Shown piece after piece: positions 60,207 through 64,000 of a stretch of 64,000 nucleotides of DNA. This DNA is from Paraspadella gotoi (lineage: Eukaryota > Animalia > Chaetognatha). How positions within the stretch are numbered: position 1 is the stretch's first letter; every line of letters starts with the position of its first letter. The position numbers and the translations under genes were made by a program. The notes under the pieces were generated by a model. It worked only from the letters and a program-made list of their open reading frames with translations. It ran no database searches and had not been told where the DNA came from. Where the stretch lies: the NCBI GenBank assembly GCA_051294375.1, contig CM119267.1:25621293-25685292 (forward strand). The letters are read 5' to 3'.

Positions 60207-63200
60207 CTTGAGGGGTATTGAAGGCGTGAGGAAATAGAGGGAAAATAATAGTATATTTCGCGAAGAGTAGAAACGAGAGAATGTATTGCTAGACAAAATA
60301 TACTGAGGGGCAGGAGGAGGAGGAAAGAAGAGGAAGAGGAGAATTGGACGGCAGGCTAAATCCTCCTCTGCATCCCCCTTCTTGACCAAGATGTAATGTC
60401 CAGGCCCCCAATGGCGTGGCATTACATCGTCATGCTTCCCTCTGGACTAAAAAACAAAGACACAGAACTAAAAAAGTGAGAGAAGTCACAAACTAAAACT
60501 ATCAAAGCTACTATTTAAATGATTAAAAGTTTATTTTTAATTTACGTAACAGTCATTGACAAATTATGCCACTGTACCATGACTGATATTGATTCTTAAA
60601 AAAAGGGCAATGGTAAAGTCTGGGCCAAAAATGCAGCAAACTTTTGGCGCAACCATGGTCGTAAGTCTATTTCTATCAGTTTTTTGCATTTTCCAAAAGC
60701 TGGTTGCCTTTTTTGGTCTTGAAGAACACGTCGATGAGGGGGGATATAGATCTTTTCAGCGGAGGTTTGAGGGATCATGTATTCTTTCCAGGGTCCAGTT
60801 CTTTCATTTCTTGATTTTGTTTCTCATTTCTTGACCGGAGACTGATAAGAGCAGGCTTGATTTTTGTGTTGATTCTTGTTTAAGTTTTTTCTTGCAAATG
60901 AAGTTTCTCCTTGTATATTTATTTCCAGCTGAAGTATCTCCTGATTTAGTTTTTACATCTTTTGCTTTGTCTTTGACAGTTGGTAAGTCGGTATGCACTT
61001 GAGAATCAGTCGTAGCAACATTGGTTTGAGTTGAAACTGAATCAGAAATGACGGTTTGGGTAGTTTGGGAAGAAGAAGTTGAGTGAGGAAATTCTATCAT
61101 GTTGTTCTTCCCCACCAACAAGTGAGCATCTGCTCTGCAAACGCGACATCTCCCGAGAGAAAAACGAAAGAGGAAACCTCCTCTTCCCCGCCTTCTCTTC
61201 CCCCTCCCGTACGCTACCTCAGTACGCCGACACGAGACAGAATCACTTCTTCTGTTCGCGCTTTTGCGCTCACAGTCTCCCGGCTTTTTACAAAAATATT
61301 TTTTGATTATTTTTTGTTGAATAATTTTGCATATTTTTCGTTCCTTTTTTTGGAGTTCAGAATACAGATATTCTTCGACACGTGGCTTTGAAGTTTTCTC
61401 TTCACGGCCGCCATTTTTTTTTCGTCTTCGTTGTGCGTGGCTTCGGAGGAAGGGAGCCTTGACTCGGCCCTTTCGCTTGCCTCGACGCACCCTGCGCGGC
61501 TGCGGAGGGAAGAGCCGCGACTCGGCCCTTTCGTTTTGCCCTCGGCGCTTAGTACGGCTGCAGGGGGAAGGAACCTGTTTTTCGGCCCCTTGTTTTGTCC
61601 AGTGCTCTCCGTTTTTTTTGGACTGAGGCGCGCGATTTCAACTCGACTACCCTCATGTCTCTTCCGCCGCGCGCCTTCGCCGCCGCCTCCACCGCCTCCA
61701 CCATCAGCCATTCCGGGCTTTCTGGTCAGGCCGAAGTCATGCCCCTTCAGATGGAGGCAGTTCTTCTCCAAATTAGCAACGCTCTATCTAGCGTTTCGTT
61801 CGCGAATTTAATGAGTTTCGCCGCTCGTCTCGTTCCGAATTGGAGAGTCTTCGGCTGGTGAGCTTCTTCTTTCGTTTTCGTTTTTGCTGTTTCGCCTTTT
61901 TTTTGGCGTACATTCGGCGTACAGAGGGGTTTTCCTCCCTGTGCCCCACCTAACTCAACTTTGTTTGTTTGTTTTTTGTTGGGCCTTCGCCTGGTTCTGT
62001 TACAGGCTCACTTGGTTGGTGGGAAAAACAAACATGATAGAATTATATGGTTCCAAATGGAACCGGATTCTCATGGTTCTTCCCCACCAACAACCACCCC
62101 TGGCACCACGTGGTGGAGGGCGCGCTCAGGCTCGCTTGTCTTGTTTGGTGGGGTGTTTTTTTGGGGTTTTTTTTTTGAGACTGTCATTTTTCAATGATTT
62201 CTCTTTTTTCCATGTACGTTTTCTTCATGGTTCTTGGACGCCTGTTTGCCATTTCGTCGTTCTTCGTCGGTCTTCGTTGTACGCCAGCGTTCTTTGGCGG
62301 CCTCTTCGGCGGCGCGATCGCGCCTTCACGCTACCCGAGCGGGTGACTTGCGTCACGCCTTCCTCGTCGAGCCCCATCTGCGCCCAGTCGACGCACGACG
62401 CCTCCGTTTCCGGATCAGAGGAGGGTTCCTCTGAAGAGTCTGCTGCGGGTTGGACAACTTCTTGTCTCGTCGTGCTTCTGTACAGCCTTCGGAGTGGTCC
62501 TACAGCAGTGGAGGGTTTGCGCAGAGTTGGCCAGGACGACGTTCTTTTACCGTCGCTGGGACGTATTTCCGCCAATACGCGGGTTCCGGCGCTGGGTCGA
62601 TGTCTCTTCGCCGGCGATTTTTCGTCCTCCTGCTCAGAGAGTTGCCTTGCCGCTCAGTTCGACGCCGTTCTGGAAGCGACTCCAAGACGACGCGCGCTTT
62701 CAAGGCTTTATGAGGCGCATCTTGAGGGACGCCGCGGAGCGTCCGCTCATGCTGTCCTTTCTGTCGCTGACGCTCTCCGCCTCATGCGTTAGGCCCTTCG
62801 CTCGGAGGGGCCCGGTTGCAGTGGACGCAGGCCACCTTGACGATCTTTGCCAAGCCCCTTTGGAGCGCCTCGTCGGGTTTGGCGGCGATTTTTGGTTTAG
62901 GCCCTCTCGAGTGTCTCGGCGCTTATTGTCGACGCTGCCCCTTCGGATCTCAGACAGTTCTGGTCCAGTTCTCGCCCTCCACGTCGTTTCTTTTGCGGAG
63001 ACGTCCAGACGTCACTTCAAGCGTTCCATTCTTCGCTTCTCCGCTCCGGGCGCCTCTCTATGCGCCTGTTCTTTTGAGCCGCAAGCGTGGCGTGCAGTCC
63101 GCGTAGTCCCGCTCGCTGGTCCTACTGGCCTCGGCAAAGTCTTCGCCGCCCTCCCAAGCGTTAGGGGCGGGACTCCAGGGACGTCAAGGACGCCAACTAT

Positions 63201-63890
63201 CGCCCGACAGCCTCTTTCGGCCATGTGCTTCGTCCGGCCGTCAGTTTCTCCAGACCCGGTTTTTCGTCCATGGACTGCGTTTTTGCAGTTTCTCATTCCC
63301 CCCCTTCTACTCACGTCCGGCAAGTGGGCGTGCGCCTTCACCTGAAGTCCTTTCGCGGATTCCCCCCTCTTGGTTTGCTTGGTTACGAGTGATTTCTGTC
63401 TCGTGTCGGCCGTACTGAGTAGCGTTACGGTGACGGGAGAAGAGAAGGCGGGGAGAGGAGTGTTTCTCTTTCGTTTCTCTCGGAGATGTCGCGTTTTGCA
63501 GAGAGATGCTCACTTGTTGGTGGGAAGAACCATGAAGAATCCCCGGTCATTTGGACCATAATTTTGTCCAAGTAGTTGATTGCAACTGGCCTGATTTTAT
63601 GGTCTGTGTTGAAGCAATGCACTTAGGATGGAAATAGTTTGAGTGAGGAGGAGGACAGTTTTGGTTTTTAAGGCAGAGGGGACATATGTGTATTCTGCAC
63701 CAAAGCAAGTACATCCAATATATTCTTGTCGAGAATTCGTGGGTTTGCATTATTAGTATGCAATCTTTTAGAAAAATTCTTCAGATTTTCCCAGATGCTA
63801 ATATATTCTCCTTTGAGGTCATCAGAATTTATTTGATCTTTAAAGTTTATTGCGGCCATTTTCGGATTTATGTTCAAGATTTAGGGTAAA
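60207..63890 (-). mobile_element. Second copy of the TQT-ORF LTR element (3' LTR 60207-60432), interrupted by the DIRS-like element; far end not defined
   Basis: Reverse-complement homology to 44370-45655; ORF fragments MAAINFKDQINSDDL... and SSSQTTQTVISDSVSTQT. Confidence 0.75.
61090..63563. mobile_element. Non-autonomous DIRS-like (tyrosine-recombinase class) retroelement
   Basis: ~150-bp inverted terminal repeats (61105-61246 / 63388-63530) with different outer extensions; internal complementary region 62006-62093 equals both outer ends joined at AATT; AATT at both insertion junctions. Confidence 0.8.
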
Positions 63891-64000
63891 AAAGGTATCG
63901 GTTTTTCTGGACAGTAGTTTTAATTTTTTTTTTCTTCTTTTTTTTTTTTTTTTTTGGTCTTTCAAGGGAGCTAACATTTTCTTTTTCTTTTAAGAGGTTA

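Overview
AT-rich invertebrate (probably protostome) nuclear DNA with short GT-AG introns. All seven host genes lie on the + strand: the 3' end of a chondroitin sulfate synthase, a C2H2/AT-hook zinc-finger gene, an mTERF-like gene, SCO1/2, a complete ~25-exon TRRAP with an intronless PNPO nested in one intron, and the 5' part of USO1/p115. Spacers between genes are very short, an operon-like layout. The larger introns are filled with nested mobile elements: CRE and Penelope retrotransposons, Helentron-associated (HINE/DINE-like) repeats, several MITE classes, solo LTRs and a non-autonomous DIRS-like element. The main discovery is four circularly permuted (type-P5) twister ribozyme motifs with covarying pseudoknot pairs. 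Two sit in the LTRs of a 746-bp TRIM with PBS, PPT and a 4-bp TSD (a candidate twister retrozyme), one in a diverged solo LTR and one in a tRNA-derived SINE. Penelope-type minimal hammerheads are also scattered through the window. All calls were made by eye; no searches were run.
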